A stretch of 55,603 bases of DNA from Candidatus Methylomirabilota bacterium (GTDB lineage: Bacteria; Methylomirabilota; Methylomirabilia; Rokubacteriales; CSP1-6), in contig JBKPAK010000069.1 in the NCBI GenBank assembly GCA_046726415.1, positions 1 through 55,603 of the forward strand, given 5' to 3'. The translations under genes and the position numbers were made by a program. Each line of letters starts with the position of its first letter. Position 1 is the first letter of the stretch. Of the stretch, positions 48,080 through 55,603 are shown in pieces. The notes beneath the pieces were generated by a model. It did no database searches, was not told the origin of the DNA, and was given only the letters and a program-made list of their open reading frames with translations.

Positions 48080-49246
48080 GTGCTGGGGAGCGAGCCGGTT
48101 CCCCCTGCCCTGGACGATCTGTGTCGACGCCTGCGCGCCTTCATCGATGACGAGCTTCTTCCCGTCGAGCGCGCACGCGGCCTCACCGACGAGCACCAGG
48201 CCGCGCCTGAATTGCGACGCTGGGTCCGGCAGCGCTCGCGCGAGCTCGGGCTCTTCACCGTGTTCCAGTCGCGCGAGCTGGGCGGCGATGGCCTCGGTCC
48301 ATTGGGACTCGCCGTGCTCCACGAGGCCGTCGGCGCGTCGGGCTCCGCCCTCGCGCGACTCGCGCTGGGCGACGACGGCGGCCTGCTGAGACTGGCCACG
48401 GAGGAGCAGCGCGAGCGGCTCCTCCGCCCGATCCTACGAGGTGAGCGAACCGCCGCCTTTGCCTTCACCGATGCCCGTGAGGCCCCGCGTACTATCGCCG
48501 TGCGCCGCGGCGAGGAGTTCCTGGTGACGGGCGTAAAGTCGTTCGTGACCGACGGCCCAGCCGCCGACTTTCTCCTGACCGTGGCCCGGGTGACCGAGAA
48601 CGCCGGTGGCCCCGTGGGCAGCACCCTCTTCGTCATCCCGCGCGGCGCACCCGGCGTCGTCCTGCGCCGCGCGCTTCGAACGCTCGACGGGGGGGTCCAT
48701 GCTCAGTTCGAGCTGCACGAGGTCGCGGTGCCCCCCGCCGACGTCCTTGGCGAAATCGGCCAGGGAATCCCCCAAGCGCTCCAGCGCATCACCACCGTGC
48801 GCCTGCGCGTGGCTGCCGAGGCGTGCGGAACCGGTGTGTGGGTGCTCGAAGACGCGCTGACCCAGGTCGATCGCCCACATCGCAGCGGCGTCCCGCTGGC
48901 CGAACGGGAGCAGGTCCAGGCGATGCTCGCCAACTGCGCCGTCGACCTCTTCTCCGCGCGGACCGCGCTCTATGCCGCCGCCCGCCGGGCGGAAGAGGGC
49001 CTCGACGCGGAGGTGGAGGTAGCCGCGGCCAAGGTGCTGGCCACGGAGGCAGTGGCCCGGATCGTCGACAGCGCGATTCAGCTGACCGGCGGCGCTGCTG
49101 TGGTGGAAGACCATCCGCTCGAGCGCCTCTACCGCCGCATCCGCAGCTGGCGGATCGCCGAGGGAACGACAGAAATGCTCCGCCTCGTCATCGCGCGCGG
49201 GTTACTGACCCGTCGGCGCGGGCAGCGCTTCGGCGAACGACGTTGA
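48080..49246 (+). CDS. Acyl-CoA dehydrogenase family protein
   Basis: Motifs AFAFTD, VTGVKSFVTDG, VLGEIGQG, VQAMLA, AIQLTGG and RSWRIAEGTTEM. Confidence 0.9.
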   Translation: MLGSEPVPPALDDLCRRLRAFIDDELLPVERARGLTDEHQAAPELRRWVRQRSRELGLFTVFQSRELGGDGLGPLGLAVLHEAVGASGSALARLALGDDGGLLRLATEEQRERLLRPILRGERTAAFAFTDAREAPRTIAVRRGEEFLVTGVKSFVTDGPAADFLLTVARVTENAGGPVGSTLFVIPRGAPGVVLRRALRTLDGGVHAQFELHEVAVPPADVLGEIGQGIPQALQRITTVRLRVAAEACGTGVWVLEDALTQVDRPHRSGVPLAEREQVQAMLANCAVDLFSARTALYAAARRAEEGLDAEVEVAAAKVLATEAVARIVDSAIQLTGGAAVVEDHPLERLYRRIRSWRIAEGTTEMLRLVIARGLLTRRRGQRFGERR

Positions 49247-49270
49247 CAAGCTGCGCCTCCTGTTCATAAT
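49243..49270 (+). promoter_or_regulatory. Sigma70-type promoter for the ABC locus
   Basis: TTGACA (49243-49248), 16 nt, CATAAT (49265-49270). Confidence 0.65.
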
Positions 49271-49357
49271 GAGCCAATTTCGGGCCCCGGGTCTCAACCT
49301 CGAGCCTCGAGCGTCACTCCGCCCTCGGGCCCCTCACTGTCGAGAGGAGGTCAGTGA

Positions 49358-50971
49358 ATGATCTGCTCCGTCGCTCTGAGGATCCTCGTCGCCGTGCTGA
49401 TCATCCTCGTCGCTACCCCGGTGGCGCTGGCGCAGCAGCCGAAGCGCGGCGGCACCCTGCGCATCGCCGAGCGGGAGGCGCCGAGCCTCGACCCGCATCT
49501 GTCGATCAGCTTCCTCACCCACTCGCACGTGAACATGGTGTACAGCCAGCTCGTGCGATTCCCGCACGGACCCGAGCAGAAGCACCCGACCGATTTCACC
49601 ATCCTGCCGGACCTCGCCGAGCGGTGGGAGTACAAGAACCCCACGACGCTCGTGTTCTATCTCCGAAAGGGCGTGAAGTTCCACAACAAGCCGCCGGTGA
49701 ACGGCCGTGAGGTGACCGCCGACGACGTCAAGTGGTCACTCGAGCGCTTCGCCGCCAAGTCGGGATTCCGCGCGCGCTTCGAACCAGTACAGTCGGTCGA
49801 GGTCGTCGACCGCTATACGGTGCGCATCGCGCTCAAAGAGCCCTTTGCGCCCCTTCTGAACCACCTCGCGAACCCGACGTTCACGGCAATCTTGCCGCGC
49901 GAGGCCGAGGAGAAGTTCAAGGACTTCAACCACCCCGACGCCGTGATCGGCACCGGGCCCTTCGTGCTCAAGTCGTACCAGAAGGGCGTGCGGGCCGTCT
50001 TCGAGCGCAACCCCGACTACTTCATGAAGGGCGTACCCTACCTCGACAGCGTCGTCCTCGAGATCACGCCCGACCAGTCGGCTCGCCTGTCCCTCCTGCG
50101 GGCAGGCAAGGTGGAGCTGGGCCACATGTGGGGCTTTGCCAGCGCCGAAGAGGGTAGGTCGCTGCAGAAGACCAATCCGGAGCTGGTGGTGACGCCGACC
50201 CCGACCATCGCACAGGGCACGATCTATATGCGCACCGACCAGCCCCCCTTCAACGACGTGCGCGTGCGGCGTGCGGTGGCGCTGGCCATCGACCGCAAGG
50301 GCTGGAACGACGGCCTCCTCTATGGCGAGGGGTGCATCGACACCGGACCGGTGCCCTGCGCCATGAAGGACTGGAAGCTCGACGCCCTGAAGCTCGAGCC
50401 GGCACGCGCCAAGTATCTGACTGGCTACGATCCGGCCGAGGCGCGCAAGCTCCTCGCCGAGGCCGGCTTCCCGAACGGATTCACTACGCCGGCGTACCAC
50501 TGGCAGGGATACCAGGCGCCCTGGCGCAGCTACTATGACCTGGCCGCCGAGAATCTGGGTCAGATCGGCATCACGGTCGAGCTGAAGCCCGAGGAATACG
50601 GAAAATACATCTCCACGACTTACCTCGGCAAGTTCGAGAAGATGGCCATCGGACCGGTGACCCCCTTCACCGAGGTTGACGACTGGCTCTACGGCACCCA
50701 TTTTCCCGAGCAGCCCGGCAACCGGAGCCACGTCGCCGACGCCGAGCTGAACAAGCTGCTGATGGCGCAGCGGCGCGAGATGGATCCCAAGCGCCGCCGC
50801 GAGATGGTCGACGAAATCCAGCGTTATCTGGCCGACAAGGCCTACTACGTGTACCTGCCCGTCGGACCGCAGTACATCTCGCACCAGCCGTCGGTGAGGG
50901 GCTTCAAGCACCACGACGGCTACGGCATGGGCCTCCGCCTCATGTTCACCTGGCTGGACACGGGGAAGTGA
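49358..50971 (+). CDS. Family-5 (Dpp/Opp-type) ABC substrate-binding protein
   Basis: Signal peptide; motifs PKRGGTL, PDLAERWE, LRKGVKFHN, IGTGPF, RNPDYF and FNDVRVRRA. Confidence 0.93.
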   Translation: MICSVALRILVAVLIILVATPVALAQQPKRGGTLRIAEREAPSLDPHLSISFLTHSHVNMVYSQLVRFPHGPEQKHPTDFTILPDLAERWEYKNPTTLVFYLRKGVKFHNKPPVNGREVTADDVKWSLERFAAKSGFRARFEPVQSVEVVDRYTVRIALKEPFAPLLNHLANPTFTAILPREAEEKFKDFNHPDAVIGTGPFVLKSYQKGVRAVFERNPDYFMKGVPYLDSVVLEITPDQSARLSLLRAGKVELGHMWGFASAEEGRSLQKTNPELVVTPTPTIAQGTIYMRTDQPPFNDVRVRRAVALAIDRKGWNDGLLYGEGCIDTGPVPCAMKDWKLDALKLEPARAKYLTGYDPAEARKLLAEAGFPNGFTTPAYHWQGYQAPWRSYYDLAAENLGQIGITVELKPEEYGKYISTTYLGKFEKMAIGPVTPFTEVDDWLYGTHFPEQPGNRSHVADAELNKLLMAQRREMDPKRRREMVDEIQRYLADKAYYVYLPVGPQYISHQPSVRGFKHHDGYGMGLRLMFTWLDTGK

Positions 50972-50985
50972 CGGGGCAGCCGCCA

Positions 50986-51939
50986 ATGAACCATCGAAGC
51001 GCCGTCGTGGGAATCGCGTTGTTGCTGGTTGCAACCTCGAGCGTCGCAGCTCAGGACTGGCGGCCGCTGCCGTCGGAGAGGCGCTGTCCCGCCCGCTGGG
51101 GGGCGAACGACGAGCGCGGTGCGGCCAATCACATGGCGCCAGAGACCGTCATGCGCGCCGTCCGCCTCGTCAAGGAGGGGAAGGTCTACGAGCTGGGCCG
51201 CGTGCTCGAACCGACGATGCCGGTGTTCGGGATCCGGACGTTCGGCATCCACACGGCGCGCAGCTCGGGGCCGACGGGGGTGAACGAGCTCCGCGGCAAC
51301 GAAGAAGTGGTGATGACCCAGCTCGGACAGATCGGAACGCAGTTCGACGCGCTGCCGCACATCGGCATCGGTGACCTCCTCTACAACTGCCTGAAGGCGG
51401 AGGAGGTTGCCACCCGCACCGGGTTCACCAAGCTGGGGGTCGAGAAGGTCGGAGCCCTATTCACCCGAGGCGTGCTGCTCGACATCGCTGGGCTCAAGGG
51501 CGTGCCGATGCTCGATGCGGGATACGAGGTCACCGTGGCCGACCTCGCGGGGGCGATGCAGCGGCAGAACGTCGCGGTCGGCGCGGGCGACGCCGTGTTC
51601 CTGCACACCGGCTGGGGCAAGCTGTGGAACAAGGACAACGCGAAGTACGGCAGCGGCGAACCGGGAATCAACGTGGCCGGCGCCGAGTGGCTGGTGAAGC
51701 TCAACCCGATGTTGGTAGGGGCCGACACCTGGGCGGTGGAAGTCAGGCCGAATCCCAATAAGGACCTCGCCTTCCCGGTCCACCAGATCTTCCTGACCAC
51801 GAACGGCATCTTCTTGCTCGAGAACATGGACCTGGACGCGCTCGCCCGGGATCAGGTCTGGGAGTTCGCATTCATCCTGCAGCCGCTCAAGATCAAGGGC
51901 GGCACCGGTTCGACGGTGGCGCCCATCGCCGTCAAATAG
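50986..51939 (+). CDS. Secreted cyclase-family (kynurenine formamidase-like) hydrolase
   Basis: Signal peptide ending VAA-Q; motifs WGANDERGAAN, QIGTQFDALPH, TRGVLLD, HTGW, GADTWAVE, LLENMDL and PLKIKGGTGS. Confidence 0.9.
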   Translation: MNHRSAVVGIALLLVATSSVAAQDWRPLPSERRCPARWGANDERGAANHMAPETVMRAVRLVKEGKVYELGRVLEPTMPVFGIRTFGIHTARSSGPTGVNELRGNEEVVMTQLGQIGTQFDALPHIGIGDLLYNCLKAEEVATRTGFTKLGVEKVGALFTRGVLLDIAGLKGVPMLDAGYEVTVADLAGAMQRQNVAVGAGDAVFLHTGWGKLWNKDNAKYGSGEPGINVAGAEWLVKLNPMLVGADTWAVEVRPNPNKDLAFPVHQIFLTTNGIFLLENMDLDALARDQVWEFAFILQPLKIKGGTGSTVAPIAVK

Positions 51940-51951
51940 CCGGAGCACACC

Positions 51952-52899
51952 ATGCGACAGTACGTCCTGCGCCGGTTGACCTTGGCGATCCCCACCCTCT
52001 TCTTGGTGAGCCTGATCGTGTTCGCCATGATGCGGCTGATGCCCGGCGACGTGGCGACCCGCATGGTCGAGGGGCACGCCTACGCGCCGACCTTGGACGC
52101 GTTGCGCAAGGATCTCGGTCTCGACCGCCCGGCGATCGTGCAGTATCTCGACTGGGTCGGCGGCATCCTGCTGCGCGGTGACTTCGGGCGCTCGTACTGG
52201 ACGCGGCAGCCGATCCTCGATGAGTTCGTGCGGCGCTTCCCGGTCACTCTCGAGCTGGCGCTGCTGACCATTCTCGTGTCCGTCGTCATCGGCGTCCTGG
52301 TGGGGATCGTGTCGGCGGCCCGCCAAGACAGCTTCTCCGACTACCTGGGGCGGGTGCTGGCCATCTTCGCGCTGTCGGTGCCGTACTTCGGCCTCGCCGT
52401 CCTGGTGGTCGTGCTACCGGCCATCTACTTCAAGTGGACGCCGGTGTGGACGTATGTCGGCTTCACCGTCGATCCCCTGGAGAATCTCAAGATCATGATC
52501 GTGCCGGCGCTCGTCTTCGGGGTCACGCGGGCCGGACCGATCATGCGCATCATGCGCTCGGCGCTGCTGGATGTGCTGCGGCAGGAGTACATCCGCACCG
52601 CGTGGTCGAAGGGCCTCAGCGAGCGCACCATCGTGCTCCGCCACGCCCTGAAGAACGCCATGATCCCCGTCATCAGCCTGGTCGGGCTCCAGATGCCGCT
52701 CTACATCGGCGGCTCGGTCATCATCGAGGCGATCTTCCGCCTGCCCGGCGTCGGGCTCTTTTTCTTCGAGGCTCTGACTCGCCTCGACTATCCGGTGGTC
52801 CAGTCGGTCAATCTCATCGTGGCCGCGATGGTGGTGGGACTGAACCTCCTGATCGATCTCTCGTACGCGTTCCTGGATCCCCGGATCCGGTACCACTAG
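51952..52899 (+). CDS. DppB/OppB-type ABC permease
   Basis: Motifs LGLDRP..QY, GDFGRS, PVTLEL, EYIRTAWSKGL, RHALKNA and DPRIR. Confidence 0.93.
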   Translation: MRQYVLRRLTLAIPTLFLVSLIVFAMMRLMPGDVATRMVEGHAYAPTLDALRKDLGLDRPAIVQYLDWVGGILLRGDFGRSYWTRQPILDEFVRRFPVTLELALLTILVSVVIGVLVGIVSAARQDSFSDYLGRVLAIFALSVPYFGLAVLVVVLPAIYFKWTPVWTYVGFTVDPLENLKIMIVPALVFGVTRAGPIMRIMRSALLDVLRQEYIRTAWSKGLSERTIVLRHALKNAMIPVISLVGLQMPLYIGGSVIIEAIFRLPGVGLFFFEALTRLDYPVVQSVNLIVAAMVVGLNLLIDLSYAFLDPRIRYH

Positions 52900-52913
52900 A
52901 GGGAGAGGCCGTC

Positions 52914-53822
52914 GTGGCGACCGTCGCTCCCTCCACTGCGATTGCCGTCGATGTCCGGCGGCTGCCTCGCACGCGGCCGTGGTACCTCGACGTCTGGGTT
53001 CAGATGGCCCGCCGCAAGCCCCTGGGCACCATCGGGGCGGCCATCGTCATCCTCATGCTGACCGCGGCCGTCCTCGCCGACGTGATCACTCCGTATGGTT
53101 TCGCCCAGACGAGCCTGCGCGAGCGCTTCATCGCGATGAGCGCCTCCCACTGGCTCGGCACCGACCAGCTCGGCCGCGATCTCCTCACGCGCGTCATCTA
53201 CGGCGCGCGGGTCTCCCTCTACGTGGGGTTCGGCGCCGTCGCGCTGGGTAGCCTCCTGGCCACGGCGCTCGGGATCCTATCCGCGTACTTCGGGGGTAAG
53301 GCCGATCTCTGGCTCCAGCGCGGCGTCGACGCGTGGATGGCGTTCCCCGGACTGCTCCTCCTCATGTCGATCATGTCGCTGGTGGGGCCGAGCGTCGTCA
53401 GCATCACCATCGTGCTGGGGATCGCCTTCGGGATCCAGAATTCTCGGATCATCCGCGGCGTGGCGCTGTCCATCAAGGAGCACACCTTCGTGGAGGGCGC
53501 GCGGGCGGCGGGCTCCGGCCACACGCGGATCGCCATCGCCCACATCCTGCCCAACGTGATGCCGACCATCATCGTGGTGGCCACCACGGGTCTCTCGACC
53601 GTCATTCTCACCGAGGCGAGCCTGTCGTTTCTGGGGCTGGGCGTGCCCCCGCCCTACCCGACGTGGGGCGGCATGCTGTCTCTGGCCGGGCTCGACCACA
53701 TGTACCAGGCGCCATGGATCGCCATCTGGCCCGCCGTCGCCCTGTCGCTCGCCGTCTTCGGTTTCAACATGCTGGGCGACGCCCTCCGCGACCTGCTCGA
53801 CCCGCGCCTGAAGGGAGGGTGA
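52914..53822 (+). CDS. DppC/OppC-type ABC permease
   Basis: Motifs HWLGTDQLGRDLLTRVIYGARVSL, HILPN, EASLSFLGLG and GDALRDLLDP. Confidence 0.93.
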   Translation: MATVAPSTAIAVDVRRLPRTRPWYLDVWVQMARRKPLGTIGAAIVILMLTAAVLADVITPYGFAQTSLRERFIAMSASHWLGTDQLGRDLLTRVIYGARVSLYVGFGAVALGSLLATALGILSAYFGGKADLWLQRGVDAWMAFPGLLLLMSIMSLVGPSVVSITIVLGIAFGIQNSRIIRGVALSIKEHTFVEGARAAGSGHTRIAIAHILPNVMPTIIVVATTGLSTVILTEASLSFLGLGVPPPYPTWGGMLSLAGLDHMYQAPWIAIWPAVALSLAVFGFNMLGDALRDLLDPRLKGG

Positions 53823-53857
53823 GGCCCCCCCGAGACGGGCCCGGCGCGACGGGGCGA

Positions 53858-54889
53858 TCAGCCGGAAAGCTCGCTTCGCACGATCTCAGCTCCGGCGACG
53901 AGGGCGGCCAGCTTCTGCTTGACTGCCCAGCGAGGCGTTTCCCAGAAGCCGCAGTCGGGGTTGAGCCACAGCTTGTCGGGCGCGACGTGCTGCAGCAGGG
54001 CGTGGATCCGCTCGGCCACGTCGGTGGGTGTCTCCGCCTTGAACGCCTTCACGTCGATGACGCCCGCGCCGAGCTCCTTGTCCGCCGGGAACTCCTTCCA
54101 GCGCGCGGGCTCCTCCAGGCCCTTGTTGGCGAACTCCAGGACGATCTGCGTGGCATGCAGCTCGTGCAGGGTCGCGAAGACGTTCCGGTAGTCGCGCACC
54201 GCGCTGAACGGCCGGCCGTACAGGTTGCCGAAGCAGATGTGAACGGCGATCTTGGCGTCGATTCCCTCCACGGCTCGATTGATGCCCTTGGCTACCTGGG
54301 GGGTAGCACCGGCGTACATCCCGTGATGCGGCTCGTCGATCTGGATGAAGTTGGCCCCCATCGCCATGAGCGCTTTGCACTCCGCGTTCACGATGGTCAC
54401 CAGGTCGGCGAGCAGGGTGTCCTTGTCCTTGTAGCCACCGCCTAGCTTGAGGGGGACGAGCAACGTGTAGGGCCCGGGCACGGTGGCCTTGAGGGGCTTG
54501 TCGGTGAGGGTGCGCGCCAGCTTGAACTCGTCGACGATCCCGAGGCCGTGGGGTGCCGAGATCTTCTCCACGACCTCGAAGGGCGTGTTGGTGTCCCACA
54601 GCGGCTGGCCGAGTTGGCGGGGCGCGGGCAGCGCGCGAATGCCCTTGATCGATTCGTAGAAGCCGATGATGAAGCGCACGCGTCCCATCTCGCCCGTGGT
54701 GAGGACGTCGACACCGGCGCGCTCCTGGTCGAGGATCGCCACCTGGGTGGCGTCCTCCAGCCACTCGCGGACGTCGAGGACGCCCAGGCGACCCTGCTCC
54801 ATGGCCTCGCGCGCCAGCCACACCCAGCCCGGCAGCCCATGGCTGCCCACCACGGAGGTCGGCAACAGTTTCGGCAACGTCAGCGTCAT
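53858..54889 (-). CDS. Cobalamin-independent methionine synthase II family protein (single catalytic barrel)
   Basis: Motifs TSVVGS, QERAGVDVLTTGE, PGPYT, IQIDEP, HICFGN and NPDCG; about 343 aa. Confidence 0.9.
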   Translation of the reverse strand: MTLTLPKLLPTSVVGSHGLPGWVWLAREAMEQGRLGVLDVREWLEDATQVAILDQERAGVDVLTTGEMGRVRFIIGFYESIKGIRALPAPRQLGQPLWDTNTPFEVVEKISAPHGLGIVDEFKLARTLTDKPLKATVPGPYTLLVPLKLGGGYKDKDTLLADLVTIVNAECKALMAMGANFIQIDEPHHGMYAGATPQVAKGINRAVEGIDAKIAVHICFGNLYGRPFSAVRDYRNVFATLHELHATQIVLEFANKGLEEPARWKEFPADKELGAGVIDVKAFKAETPTDVAERIHALLQHVAPDKLWLNPDCGFWETPRWAVKQKLAALVAGAEIVRSELSG

Positions 54890-55461
54890 GCTCCGGTCCT
54901 TTCCGCCGGCCGCGGCCGGATCGCCGCGTCGGTGAAGAGCTCCAACGAGCGGCACACCTGCGCGTGCGACAGGTTGCCGAAGCTGCAGACCAGGAGCAGG
55001 GCGTCGACGCCAATGGCCTCAAGGCCGGCCACCTTCTCGGCGACCTGCTCTGGCGACCCGATCACCATGCCGCCGATGGCCTCCAGCTCGTCGTAGGTTC
55101 GTCCGCCCAGACCCGGCTCGTCAACGCCTTCAACCGCACCCCCTTGCCAATCCCGAAGTCGAAGCGGCCCCGGGCCAGATTGTCCAGCATGGCGGCCTCG
55201 GCCGCGAGCCGGAGGGGATGATGGAACGACAGCGCGTTGACAATAGTTGCCGAACCGCATCCGCCGCGTGCGCTGGACCGCCGAAGCGATCATGAGGTTG
55301 GGGCTGGGCAGCAGAGAGTAGTCGGTGAAGTGATGTTCGGCGAACCAGCACTCGTCGAATCCCAAGGTCTCCGCCAGCATGATCTGGTCCAGCATCTCGG
55401 CGTACGCCCGGTCATGGGCCGCGCCGCGTCCCTGGCAGTAATAAAAGAGTCCGAAGTTCAT
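54886..55461 (-). pseudogene. LLM-class oxidoreductase with a frameshift and an internal deletion
   Basis: GFDECWFAEHHF, a shift near 55242 to HHPLRLAAEAAMLDNLARGRFDFGIGKG, then a jump at about 55100-55135 to C-terminal IGSPEQVAEK..SLELF. Confidence 0.85.
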
Positions 55462-55495
55462 AGGTCTCCGGTTGACCGGCGGGCGAGCCGCTAGC

Positions 55496-55603
55496 TCAGG
55501 CGCGCGGACGCCGCACCGCCTCCATCGCCGCGTGGTGCTCCTCGGAGGCCAGGCACTCCCGCAGGCTCGCCTCCATCTCCGCGCGGAACGCATCGAACGA
55601 CAG
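55496..55603 (-). CDS. 3' end of an upstream gene (possibly crotonase family)
   Basis: Reads LSFDAFRAEMEASLRECLASEEHHAAMEAVRRPRA*; the CxxSEEH pattern resembles enoyl-CoA hydratase C-termini. Confidence 0.45.
   Translation of the reverse strand: MSFDAFRAEMEASLRECLASEEHHAAMEAVRRPRA

Overview
High-GC bacterial chromosomal window, about 55 genes and gene remnants. It has no rRNA, tRNA or CRISPR array. The gene repertoire (many ABC substrate-binding proteins, luciferase-like monooxygenases (LLM) and amidohydrolases) resembles Candidatus Rokubacteria/Methylomirabilota; this is inference, not a database result. Main intact blocks: (1) a nucleoside uptake/salvage locus (BMP-type ABC transporter, cdd, an LLM oxidoreductase, thymidine phosphorylase, a deaminase-like amidohydrolase), split by a ~4.5 kb LLM-LLM-M20 peptidase insert; (2) folD followed by a betaine-type ABC importer converging on an orphan egtD; (3) a MoxR/DUF58/DUF4129 operon; (4) a CYTH-CHAD/NUDIX/DUF1772 operon; (5) a Dpp/Opp-type ABC locus with an embedded secreted cyclase-family hydrolase; (6) a short MetE-like protein. 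The first ~12.8 kb, plus several later spots, is a mosaic of decayed genes with frameshifts, nonsense codons, internal deletions and an IS91-family remnant. Best leads: the LLM enzyme coupled into the pyrimidine-nucleoside operon, a switch-like anti-Shine-Dalgarno leader upstream of folD, the egtD-linked importer, a Tm-1-like/TIM-barrel/flotillin operon, a triplicated stop/start junction that creates mini-ORFs, and repeated leaderless-promoter signatures. All family calls come from motif recognition by eye; no searches were run.
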